Assembly (NCBI GenBank): GCA_028023455.1
Contig: JAQFVV010000001.1
Coordinates: forward strand, 23,002,001-23,066,000
DNA length: 64,000 bases
Reading direction: 5' to 3'
Source of the DNA: Epiperipatus broadwayi
Taxonomy: Eukaryota; Animalia; Onychophora
Shown here: one piece after another, positions 42,671 through 54,211 of the stretch
How positions within the stretch are numbered: the stretch's first letter is position 1
How the letters are laid out: every line of letters starts with the position of its first letter
Program-made: the position numbers and the translations under genes
The notes under the pieces: generated by a model
What the model saw: only the letters and a program-made list of their open reading frames with translations
Database searches by the model: none
Told to the model about the DNA's origin: nothing

Positions 42671-44544
42671 GATTATTTATCTTTTCAGCATATATGTGTT
42701 TAGGTGTATCAGTGTTATTAGATAGAGTGGAGAGAGGTGGGTGGTGTGAAAGTCTGTGCTCATATACCCTATATTATATATATATAGCCACAGGTATATA
42801 ACAAGCCTGTGTTTCAGTTATTTAATTAATATTGAAAGTATGCATTTTTTTTTAAAAGAGCAAATTAGCGAAATCTCAATACATCCCTATAGAGATGCTA
42901 TTTAAAGGAACATATCAGCAGTGAGTTATACCCGAAGACCTTCTCATCTTGATGATATGGAAAGTTAATAATAAATTTTAAAATTTGTACTTTGCTCAAA
43001 AACAATTTTTATTTAATTTTTTTATTAATATTTTCATACCTATAGAAATGCATTATTTAAAAAAAAAACCTGTTGGCAAAAAAAAAAAAAAAAGGATTTA
43101 TTCATTTTCATCATTAAAACAACAGCTATCAATTGTACATTCCATGATCTAATTTCTATTTATCTAAAAACTTTTTTTGTTTGGGTAGTTACAAAACTTT
43201 GATGTATCTGACAAAGTGTATTCATAATAAACTTTAAAATATTTCTTTACATCTGAAAACAATTTTTATTTAACTAATTTTTAATTTTTGTATTTGCAGA
43301 CATTTTAATTTTCCTTGAGCAAAAATATGTCATTCTAAACAACAACATTAGCACAAAAAAGTTTTAATTATTTCTGTTATTAAAACTATAGCAATAAAAT
43401 GTATATTATATTTTTTAATTTAATTTGTATTTTATTGTGAGTGCATTTATGTTTTAATAAAATGGTCCAGTTGTTTTTGAAAAAAAAAATTAACAGTGCT
43501 GCAAAACCAATTCAACATTTTATTGATTATATAATTATAAAAACATTGATGACAGAACAGTCAAGTGCAATAAAGATAAATTTAATATTTACATTATATT
43601 CATTTAATTCTATTAATATTAGTTCATTGTATTACATAAGTATTTGTTTGGAGATGGTATTGTTAGTCCTTTTGCTTTAAATCACTTCTATACAATCTTT
43701 AACATTTTTAAGATATACATATTTATTTGATGCTAGAAAACAGAATTAATGTAATATTGATATATTACTTTTAAAAAAATAATCTGAAGAGGTCATTACT
43801 TTCTAATAGGCAGTAAAGTCAAAATTTAATTCTTTGTTATTTGCAATTGCAAAATTACATTGAAAAGACTTAAAAATTTATGATTATTTTTACACAATAA
43901 TTATATTATAATTATTTAAAAAACAAAAATATACATGATGACATTTATATATGCTTTATTTTTAAAGATAGAAGTTAACAAATTCTAACTTAATGGTAAC
44001 AAAGAAAACCATGACTTGTCCTATTACTACAATCTCACTTTGTAAAACTGATCACTAACAGTTTACTGACATGGTAATAGGATTTTTTGAAATATTCTAA
44101 AAATTATAAATGCAATTTTATTTTTTTAATTAGAAATTTATAGATTTTCAGAGCTTTACATTTATTTGTTCTCATTTTAAAAATAAAATTTTAATCAATG
44201 AACATTTTGCTGAATTCTGCAGTTGCAAATATTGGCTGCTTTTCTGATTACTATCAAATGATGAAAAAGTTCTTTGTGTTCATTATTTAATCTGTTTATT
44301 AATATTTTTTCAATATTTGCAAAGTTCAAATATGATTTTTTAAAATATTTTTCATTTGTAAACTTTCTAAAAAGTCAAATTTTTAACATTGACAAAAATT
44401 GCCACCAAAGCTAACAATTGAAAATGTCAACTTATTATAGTGTTAATTTTTTTTCTATATGATTCATTTTAGCTTAATAAATCATGATTCAGTAGATTAT
44501 CAATTTGTCCAATATAGAACTCAAATTTACTATTATGAAATGTG

Positions 44545-45067
44545 AATTATTTGTTGGATTATTTCCATTATTTAATACTATGAACTGAATGTCTTTAGAA
44601 AAATCTAAACTTTCTAAATACATTCAACTGTTAGTAATGGCAACACGTTTAAAGTAATATTATTTTTTTCTCTTCTTTAGGTATTGCTCTTTTGATCAGT
44701 GACAGTACCAGCATGAGAATTGAACCCAGTTCTTTAGATTATTGAATATTGAATTTTAAGATAATTCTTTAAGTGTGTTGCTGGCCTGACCGATGACAGT
44801 ACTAGCATGGAAATCAAGCTCGGACCTAGATTTTTGATTATTGAATTTTAAGATAATTATTTACCCAACTGAGTGTTACCTTAAAATTCAAGAATCTAAA
44901 GGTCATAGTTCAATTCTCATGCTGGTACTGTGGACTGGTTAGGCCAGCAATACCTGTGTGCTATTACTAACATTGAAATATATTTAGAAAGTCTAAATAA
45001 AGTTTAAATTTTTCTAAAGACATTCAGTTCATAATATTAGATGATGAAAATAGTACAACAAATAATT
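44545..45067. repeat. ~520-bp imperfect foldback containing three copies of a tRNA-derived SINE-like head
   Basis: The outer arms 44545-44645 and 44956-45067 are reverse complements. Inside are two tandem copies (~44681-44765, ~44775-44872) and one inverted copy (~44873-44955). These carry A-box-like CTCAGTTGG and B-box-like GGTCATAGTTCAATTCTC sequence. The SINE identity is tentative. Confidence 0.65.
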
Positions 45068-45555
45068 AATATTAGAATGCCATTGTCATAAACTTTCAGA
45101 TATAAAGATTAAAGTTATTTCATAAAAGTAAAATTAAAGTTTTGAAATGTTTTTATTATGCACTATTTTTGTGCACAGATTAGTATTTTTTATATTAATA
45201 AAAAGCTTACATATGCAAAAAATGTAGATTTTTTAAATATTCAGCTTTATTACTGTTTAGCATGCTTTCGATATATCATGTATATCATATTCATAGCTTA
45301 TAATAATATGACTATAGTCATTTTATTATAAGCTAGGAATATGATATTTAAAAAATCTTCCTTTTCTGTGTATGTGTTCATTAATAGTCGTTTTTTATGT
45401 TACCTCAGAAAAGAAAAAAATAATTTATAGTTGAATTAATAATATACTCAGTAAATGTTTTTTTTTTTATTTAAATGCTTAAGAATATATTTTGTAATGG
45501 ATATTTAACAGACTTTTATCAAATAGATTTCCTTTACATTTTATACATATGTTAG

Positions 45556-45594
45556 AAATTGATGGCCGTGTAATATAATAATGGAAATATTTCA
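45556..45594 (+). other. Candidate plus-strand micro-exon (xIDGRVIYNGNISx)
   Basis: gttag / gttagt boundaries, 39 nt, with only one frame open. I recognised no homology. Confidence 0.25.
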
Positions 45595-46192
45595 GGTTAG
45601 TCACTTGGTAGAGGTGTTTCAGATCAAATTCTAAATCTCTTAAATCAGTTCAGGGTGATATATATATATAAGACTAAAAATAAAAAGCATTTGCAATAAA
45701 TTCAAATAGAAATAAAAAACAAATCTTAGTTTCTCTTGATTGCATGAGAATTGCTTTAAATTTATAAAAGTTTACTTTTTAAAAAACACTTCATTTCATA
45801 AGCAAAATAATATTGGAATTGATTTTTTTAAAAATATTGCACAGAATATGACAGTTTTTATTCCATTTAATAAAATCAATATTGCAGTAATTATTCCATT
45901 ATTAATAAGTATTCCACCATTTTCTTTCCAAATATGGCTCATTAATTTCACACTTTCTTTTCAAATCTTGTTTTATTTTATGAATCATTTTTCATTTCAA
46001 GTTTTTTTCCTATTGATTCTCTGTTTTAAATGCAAATAATTTCAAAAGATATCCAAATACTAAAAAATAATATATATAAATATTTTATAATAAAAACATT
46101 TTTATTTACTGTGTGCTAAATATATATATATATAATTGTATTCTTCAACTACAATTAGAATTTTTGTATTTAATGTGAAATAATAGTATGGA

Positions 46193-46242
46193 GTGTCCAG
46201 AAGTTAATTAATCCAATCACTAATTAATTAATTTCTGGACAC
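46193..46242. repeat. Short palindrome, possibly a collapsed Tc1/mariner-type MITE
   Basis: gtgtccagaagttaatta pairs with taattaatttctggacac (18-bp arms, one mismatch). The ends resemble CAGGGTGTCC-type TIRs. Confidence 0.5.
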
Positions 46243-48843
46243 CCACACTTTTTTGTAAGTGAAATATAAAAACACTAATTGTGTTTAAAGAATTTTTTTT
46301 TTTTTGCTTTTTAGTGGATAGTAACTAAAAGCGTTTATTGGAAAATATTTTTTGTGTATATTATTTCAATTTTAAACTTAATTTTTTTAAATTCAAATTT
46401 TAATGTTTATATACATTTTGAATTTAGGGTAATAAATTAAATTTTTTTGCCGTAGCCATTCATTATAATTGTTTATTTCTTATATGAGGTTTTTGGTTTC
46501 CAAAGCATTTCAGGGAACCAATTGAATGCGATTTAGAAAGAATAATTTTAAAAGCATGTCAACATTTTTTACTTTTATTATGATAAGAAATCTGATTTGA
46601 AGATAATGAAATCAGTTTTAATTTTTTAATAGACTGCAGACCTGAACTATTTTATTAAATTTACATATTAAATGATATTACACAAAAATCAAACATTCTG
46701 TTTAAAAGAATGAGCTTAATTTGATTTAAATAAAATTGAAATAATGATAAAATATAAACCTAAAAAATGAAATGATTTTTTTCATATGAGTACAAAACTT
46801 TGACAAATAGATTGTATTTGTAGATTTTAATGCAGATTATATTTTACAAAATTATATTGTAATTCGTTAAAATACCTATTTAATTACAATTATTTTAAAC
46901 TAAAATAATTATATAAATATCTCACCGATAATTCCTTTGCATTTTAATAAAGTATTGATTATTTATTGAAATTTATTCACATATTATTTCTATGTGATAA
47001 GAGAATAGGATCATTATTGTTGATTGAAGATATGAAGTACTTTGAAATGAATATTAAACAGGAACATGTACCTATCCAATTTTGTTTTCCATTTTTATAA
47101 TTGTAATCTTTGTAATAATTTTTAGGGAACTTCATGACACAGATAGCAATTTGATGAAATTTTAAATATGAATCATATGCTAATAATTGTGCTATTCTTG
47201 CTACTTCAAAGATTGTTATATAAATCTTCATGTTTTAAATACAACCATTAAAAACTTAAGATTTACTAATTAATGTTCAAAAAACTCAGCTGTTTTAGCT
47301 TGGATGATTATTAGCGTGATAATGTGAATAATTTTCAAAATCTTGTTGGAAATTTTTTTTTATTAGATTGATTTAGATATTTGAGATGTGACATTTAGCA
47401 TATTAAATGCTATTGCATTTCACAAAAAATAGTCTTTTATTATGATGATACAACTATTTCAACAAAATAAGTTGTATATAATGCCATTATTCTGCAAATT
47501 TATTGTGTGATTATAAATGCTGAAAAAAAAAAAAAACATTTTATAGGCACTGAATCAACCAACCCTTAGTCCTAATGAATACTTTGTGGTATTGATACTC
47601 TTTTCAGTATTATTGCTTTATCACAGGAATTGACCATACATATTTAAATATTAAATTGTTTATTATAATTACAAATATTTATATACTATATGTATTGCCT
47701 TCTCCTCCCCTTCCCTCCTTATTTATCTTTTTTTTTTTTACATGTAGCTATTATAATCTATTTTCGTTGTTCTTTAAAACTATAATTAAAAAAAAAAATC
47801 TTAGCAGGTATTCTTTTATTGTTTTTTATTAATTTATGTTGTGATTTATTTTAAGAATTAAGAACATTTGGGTTACACATGTTGGCAGATGTTTAAAGAA
47901 AGCCCACACATTTACAAGTTTGTTCTTTATCACTTTTCAAACAGAAGTTTCATGTTAAGATTGAAAAATGAATAGTGACAGGCAAACCATCAGTTTATTT
48001 TAAAGAAAACCGCCAAAGAACTCTCACCTTAAATTAAATTTTAGTATGTATTTGCTAAATAGTAAATTTACAAATTTAATTTTTTTATATTTATTTCTAG
48101 TGATGTTTGGAAAGTAACTTCTGATAAATAATTAGGTACATTTGGTTAAGTAAATAATTTCATTTAAAAATATATTTTTTTCATAAATAGTATGCACTTT
48201 AAACCAAACTTGGTTTTTTGTATATAAATTGTGTTTATTTATTTGCTGTTAGTGATGAATCTATATAAAATTTTCTGTTTAAAAGTTTGTTTTTGGTGAA
48301 CTAATAAATTCTATAATAGTTACTACATTTAAATTATAATTGATTAATGGTCATTGTAGATAATCAGTGCTTAAGATAATATTTAAATCTGTGTCATAAA
48401 ATATTATATAATAATTATTTTGCATAGAAGCAACTTGGTATAATTAAGCAATTGTTTATATATTGTTTGCCACTTTCTTAACATAATTTATTTTATCATC
48501 TTAATACCTCATATTATTAACATGCAAATTATAAGATAATTGTATTGCTTTAGACTAATTATCTTATTTACCTTTATTCTTTAATATCTATGTAGAGCAT
48601 AACAATTGCAATATTTTTTCTCTATCTAAATTTCCTGCCTTCTATATATCATTTCATTACTGACCAAGTTTGTGGAACTTCTTCATTTAATTCCTTTAAT
48701 AAATAATATTTAATTATTTTTGATGGTAATTTATTCTAAATTTAGTTTTTTTTTTTTAATAATGACATTTGAACTATTTAGTTTGTTTTGGTGATTTATA
48801 TAATTTCTAAGTATGCATCAATTTTATAGCTTAGTATTTTCAG

Positions 48844-48880
48844 TGGTGTTTGGAGGCTGTTACAAATGGCCTCATTCCAG
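48844..48880 (+). other. Candidate plus-strand micro-exon (VFGGCYKWPHS or WCLEAVTNGLIP)
   Basis: attttcag acceptor and CAG/gtatgt donor around a GC-richer 37-nt island. I recognised no homology. Confidence 0.3.
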
Positions 48881-49267
48881 GTATGTAAAAAAAAAATCAC
48901 AGAGCATGTACTAAATGAAATTTTTTAAAAAAGAAATTCATTAAAAAATAGTTTACAGCGGAATTGCAATATTTGCTTTATTTTGTTCTAAGCTCTCCTT
49001 TCAAGTAACTCATAAATATAGTAGATAATAGCTGTGTTTTGATCATTTGATTTGATTACAATAAAATATATATTATTTACTGTACTGTAAGTGTATAAAA
49101 GCTTTCAACATGTACATAGTATATATGTAAAGATACTTGCTTATCAGAAGTATACTATCTTATTTTTCTCCTTCACTTTCTTTGCATATCTTCATATAAT
49201 CATATATATTACTTATAATACTTCATTCATATACACTTTAATGCAAGTAATTTTCTTAACCTTCTTT

Positions 49268-49313
49268 ATTTTCTTACAGTTTCGACTGTCCAGCAGTCTT
49301 CGTCAGAGCTATA
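49268..49313 (-). ncRNA. Hammerhead core, intact helix II copy
   Basis: The minus strand reads CTGACGA-A-GACTG(CTGGA)CAGTC-GAAA-C-T-GTA. Helix II is a perfect 5 bp and the triplet is GUA, but helix I is only 2 bp. Confidence 0.6.
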
Positions 49314-49336
49314 TCTTCCTTAAACTGTAAGGAAGA

Positions 49337-49382
49337 TATAGCTCTGACGAAGACTGCTGGACAGTTGAAACTGTAAGAAAAT
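49337..49382 (+). ncRNA. Hammerhead core, mirror copy with a C>T change at a CpG
   Basis: CTGACGAAGACTGCTGGACAGTTGAAACTGTA at 49344-49375. Confidence 0.55.
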
Positions 49383-50999
49383 TACTTGCATTAAAGTGTA
49401 TATGAATAAAGTATTATAAGATGCTTGCTATGTGTATAATATGACGGAAATTAAGTTTTAATATAAACAACTTTTTATATTGAATTATTAATAATAAATT
49501 GAGAGAACATGCTTATATATATTGCATACATATTCACATTTATTCAATAAATAATAAAAAACTTATTTGTACTGCATCCTTTTTTTTCTTCATAAAATTT
49601 ACAATGAAATATTAAACTCTTCTTACAGACTTTTAACATAGATATAACTTTCAAAAACATAAGCAACTATGGCAAGAATATTCTTTATTCTTTTTATTAT
49701 TTTTCAAATAAATGATTCATTCTTTTAAGACAATTTGAACCACTTTACAACATTGTTTTTTTTTTTCTTGTGTAAATTAACTTTCATTTTATTATTTATT
49801 AAGGGAAGTGTTAATTCATTTAAATTATAGGTATTAAACATCAAACAAAATGCTGCACTATATTAAACTTTTGGAAAATATACAAGTGAATAAAAATATT
49901 TAAACATGAACAAAGCATAATTAATAAATGAAATCACATTATGATTAGTGAGAACACTTATAAGATACAAAAATTAACTGCTGACATATAACATTTAATA
50001 AAGTTTATGAATTTTAATGTTTTATTTATTTATATATGTTTTTAATAGCATATAATTGAAATAGTGTATATTGTTAGCATATTATACCTTTTCTGTTTTG
50101 TATAAAAGATTATATATTTTTGAAAATTCGGATTCTTGATTTGTCATCGTTTTTTTGTTTTTTTTCCCCAAAGAAATAAAATTAATGGAAAAACAATTTT
50201 ATATATATTAAAATGTTAGAAACAAGAACAAAAAATAAATCTGAATTTGAAAATAAATGTATTGTATTTAATATTGCTATCACTTTTTATTTTTATGAAT
50301 GAGTCCTGGGGGGGGGCTGTATCACATAAAAAAATAAGTTTTTCTAGCCTAAAGAGCAATAATGTAATTTTTAAAGAAATGTCATATTTTTAATGCCTTT
50401 CTGTGTAATATTGCAATAACTATGTTGCTATTTTTTTTATATTTCAAATATATATATATATATATTCATGTTAAACATAGTAATTAACATTATAATAATA
50501 AATTGAATAAGAATTCAACATTGAGTAATCATAATGTTGAAAAATAGAAGAAAATTAATACAGTTTGTTCACTCATTTAAAATAAAACTGCACTCAGTCC
50601 ATAATTTTTTTATAATTATAAAAATCTATTAAAACTTGTTCAATAAAACATTATTCTTCATTTATTTTTATTTAGCTAATTTATGTAATATAAATAATAT
50701 TCCAGTAAAGGTATTTTATGTAGTGCTCCTATTTTTGAAAAAGTATTCTAAATAGTAACAAGAATTGCTGTTAGAGTAATAAAGTTTTCATTAAATTAGA
50801 CATTTTTATCACATAGCAATTAAATAAATGTATTTAACACTATGATTGGTGATTACATTAAGGAAGATTGTTAATGTTTTTCATGTTTCTAACTTTTTTT
50901 TTAGGTTTTTATTATGGAAAATTTGATTATAATTTTTACTAAGAAAAAATTATTTATGTTTTGTAAATTTACATGCATATAAAGTTAAATATCAAATTT

Positions 51000-52380
51000 C
51001 ACTACTAAATTCTTTTAATCATCTAGTTCATCTTTATCATTGAAACATTTTGTATTTAATTTTACCAGCAATTTCTCTATTTCTTTATTCTTCTTTTTAA
51101 TAATATTTCCAGCATTTCCTCTAACTTTCGCCTTTTTCAAGGTTTTAATTGCATGTCTCATTTCATTTAAACTTTTTGGAAATATAGATATTATAATTGT
51201 AAAAGTTAGGTTAGTTTTTGGTTTGTTTGTTTATTTTTTATTATTATTGAAAAATTCATCTATACATTTCATCATTTTGTCCTTCATTTTAAAAATAAAA
51301 TCATATTTTCTTTTTATTACTGAGATAGTTTTTTCTTCTATTCCAGTATGTTGTTTTATCCTTTTGAGACTTATTCTCTTCTATAATATTTCTTGCCAAT
51401 TTAGTGTTATATTTTCTTATATCATCAACTTTATTTCATACTATTTTACAGAATTTCAGTTCTTGAGTTATTTTTAATGGATCACTTTTAAATATTTTTG
51501 TTTTTCTTTGAAAATTTATTGGATTATTGCTTTTTTATTATTATATATATTACTTTTGTAACAGTTTCTAGTAGAGAATTAGTTATTTTCTTAGTGATCT
51601 CATTCAAATCTGAACAATCTTCAAAGTCTGTTTATTGATATTTTAAAAAGTATTTTTTTAATAGTTTCTGTCTCTTTAGTTTTACATTTCATCAATTGAT
51701 TCTCTCTTCCTGTTTTAACCTAATAAGAACACTTGACAGTCTTGCAATACATATTTTCTGTTAATCAAAATGTAATCTAAATTTGTGGTACCTTCATTTG
51801 CATATTTTCATGTTTATTTCCATTTACCATTTTCCCCAAAAAACTGAATTCTATAACATAGTTTTGCTTTTTTCTTCAAAATCTACAAATCGTTGTCCTC
51901 TCATTTCTGTTCTACAACTAAATTTATTCACCACTCTCATCTTACAGTCATTTTCCAATTAAATTCTCTTAACAATTTTAAAATGTTTTTTATGATCAAA
52001 AGTATTTTCTACATTTATATAAAAATCATTGCTTCATCACAGTGAGAACTTGTGGTGCATAAACCTGAATTGTTTCATTTGGAATCTTCCATTAAGTTGA
52101 ATAAATAATCTTGCTATTCTCTAATTTACTGTCAATTTCTATCTGTCGTTCTATTTTTTATTTATAATAAATCCTAATTCATTTGTGCTTCTAATTTTGG
52201 GACTTTGTATTAAAATATATGTCTACTTATTAAATCATTTGTTTTTTTCACCTTTTCTTCCAATTCCATGCAGTTTGATACTTCCCATTTAATTATTGGC
52301 AGTACTTTCAACTCATGTAATCTACATTTACTTGAAAGTGATCTATAATTGTAAGTAAGAAAAGATTAGTATCAAATAGC
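51000..52380 (-). mobile_element. Decayed RTE LINE 5' fragment (same family as the 19.3-kb copy)
   Basis: The reverse complement of ~52010-52190 aligns by eye to 19585-19760 (ggatttattataaataaaaa...gcaagatta.ttattcaacttaat). Boundaries are approximate. Confidence 0.65.
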
Positions 52381-52482
52381 AACCTGTGTCTACAATCAGA
52401 TGATTATTAGTAACTTCTACCTTCAGTAATTTAGTAATTTTGTAGCCTCATAGAAATAATGATATAATTTAGTTTTGTCTGT

Positions 52483-54211
52483 TATTATTCACATATTTCA
52501 TTCTTCATTAAAATAAAACAAAACTAATATTTTAGTTAAGAACTACCTAGCAATTAAGAAGAAAAACTATGGTATTTTTTGTTCTTTTAAACTTGGTGAT
52601 TAAAAGATCATAAACTTAATATGGTAAGTGGTGCATGTTGATGAGCAACTTATTCATGTTCTTTTACAAAGTAATAACAACTGCAATGACAAATAGGTAG
52701 TGTTCTGTTCTATCGTGTCAGCCGCTTGATTGTGTTGATGCTAAACAAAAACACATAGATATAATGTTCCTGGGCCAGTGATTCTATAGAACTATTGACT
52801 TTATTTTTGGAATAGAAATAAAACTAAATTATACACAAAATTAAAAAATTCAAACAAAATATAAAAATGAAAGCCGACTTTTTGGACTTTTAGGGACAGT
52901 AATTAATCAGAGACTGGCTTTTGTGTGTGTGTGTCGATAAAAAATTACATTACTTTCTAATAGCAAATAATAGTACATTAAAGACTTTTTTGGACAGGAA
53001 TTAATCAGAGACTGGCTTTTTTGGGTGTGTGTGGATATAAAAAGTTACGTTCCTTTTTTAATAGAAAATAAGAGTAAATTTTAGCCTTTTTGGAATATTA
53101 ATTAATCAGACACTGTGTTTTGAAATCAAAGTCAATTATATTAAAACTTCCACAAAATTTAAAAATTCAAACAAAACTTTACAATGAAAGCCGACTTTGA
53201 CTTTTTGGGACAGTAATTAATCAGAGACTGGCATTTGTGTGTGTGTGTTTATATAAAAAGGTACATTACTTTTTTAATAACAAATAATAGTAAATATAGC
53301 AAAAAAGTTACGGTACTTTTCTATTAAAAAACAAAAATAAATTTTACTCTTTTTTTTGACAGTAATTAATCAGACTGCGTTTTGGGGAAAAAGTAAATTT
53401 GATTGCAATTTACATACTAAAGTTAAGAATTATCACAAACCATTAAAATGAAAACCAACTCCGGTGTCTGACAATTGCCAATTTTCAGAGTTCAAAGCAG
53501 CCATCTTACTTGTCTCAGACGATTTCTTGCAGATACATTACTTTCATCGAGATCTTCGAAATAATGCTGTGCTGCACCCTAAAACCCAATTTGTGAGGGT
53601 TGCACAGTCCTGAAGGAACAGTGACAACACTGTGAAAACTATTAGAAGGTACCAGTAGGTCAGTTCACATGAAAAAAAAGACGTTGGACCTGAAAACTAC
53701 AATTATTTTGACATGATGCCATCAACACACTCTCACACGATACTGTAGTGAAAATAGACAACAGAGCATTATGATAAAGTGCGTAACACAAGCAACTACG
53801 GCTGCCAATGAAGACATTTTTCTGTGCTTTTAGTATAGAAAGAAGCCACAGCATTAGCCAGCAGTCGAGTAAATAGACTCTTTCTGTGTTTTATCATAGA
53901 AAGAAGGCTATCGGCTTGGCTGCGGCCACAAAAATGGCATATTTTTTACAATTTAGCTAGAAATAGTGCTATCAAGTGGCTGACATGATAGAACATAACA
54001 CTATCAACAAATATTATTCACATATTTCATACTTTCTTAAAATAAAACAAAACTGATATTTTAGTTAAGAACTACCTAGCAATTGAGAAGAAAAACTATG
54101 GTATTTTTTGTTCTTTTAAACTTGGTGATTAAAAGATAATAAACTTAATATGCTAACTGGTGCATGTTGATTAGCAACTTATTTATGTTCTTTTACAAAT
54201 GCAATGACAAA
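52483..54211. repeat. ~210-bp direct repeats (52483-52693, 54012-54211) abutting both ends of a TIR element
   Basis: The copies are near-identical, running from tattattcacatatttcat to gcaatgacaaa. Confidence 0.9.
52696..54005. mobile_element. Non-autonomous TIR DNA transposon (~1.3 kb, superfamily unassigned)
   Basis: The ~35-bp TIRs are tagtgttctgttctatcgtgtcagccgcttgat and atcaagtggctgacatgatagaacataacacta. Five internal subrepeats (aattaatcaga) occur at ~52901, 52999, 53100, 53215 and 53364. The interior is CpG-richer. Confidence 0.75.

Larger units (their letters stand above)
41390..42820 (-). mobile_element. Retrozyme/Penelope-like non-autonomous insertion: tandem 475-bp units plus an inverted arm
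   Basis: Two full units and a partial unit (41390-42396) are followed by an inverted arm (42397-42820). A 13-bp TSD, TTTAATTAATATT, lies at 41377-41389 and 42821-42833. Each unit carries an HHR motif. Confidence 0.8.
49212..49420. mobile_element. Near-perfect palindrome built from a Penelope-like HHR-bearing terminal repeat
   Basis: The arms are 49212-49322 and 49328-49420, with a 5-nt spacer (AACTG). A tentative 12-bp TSD, AAGAT(A/G)CTTGCT, lies at 49130-49141 and 49418-49429. Confidence 0.75.

Noticed and set aside
53540-53760. THAP-like zinc finger inside the TIR element
   Set aside because: It needs several assumed indels to read RVCS.HF and is not supportable by eye.
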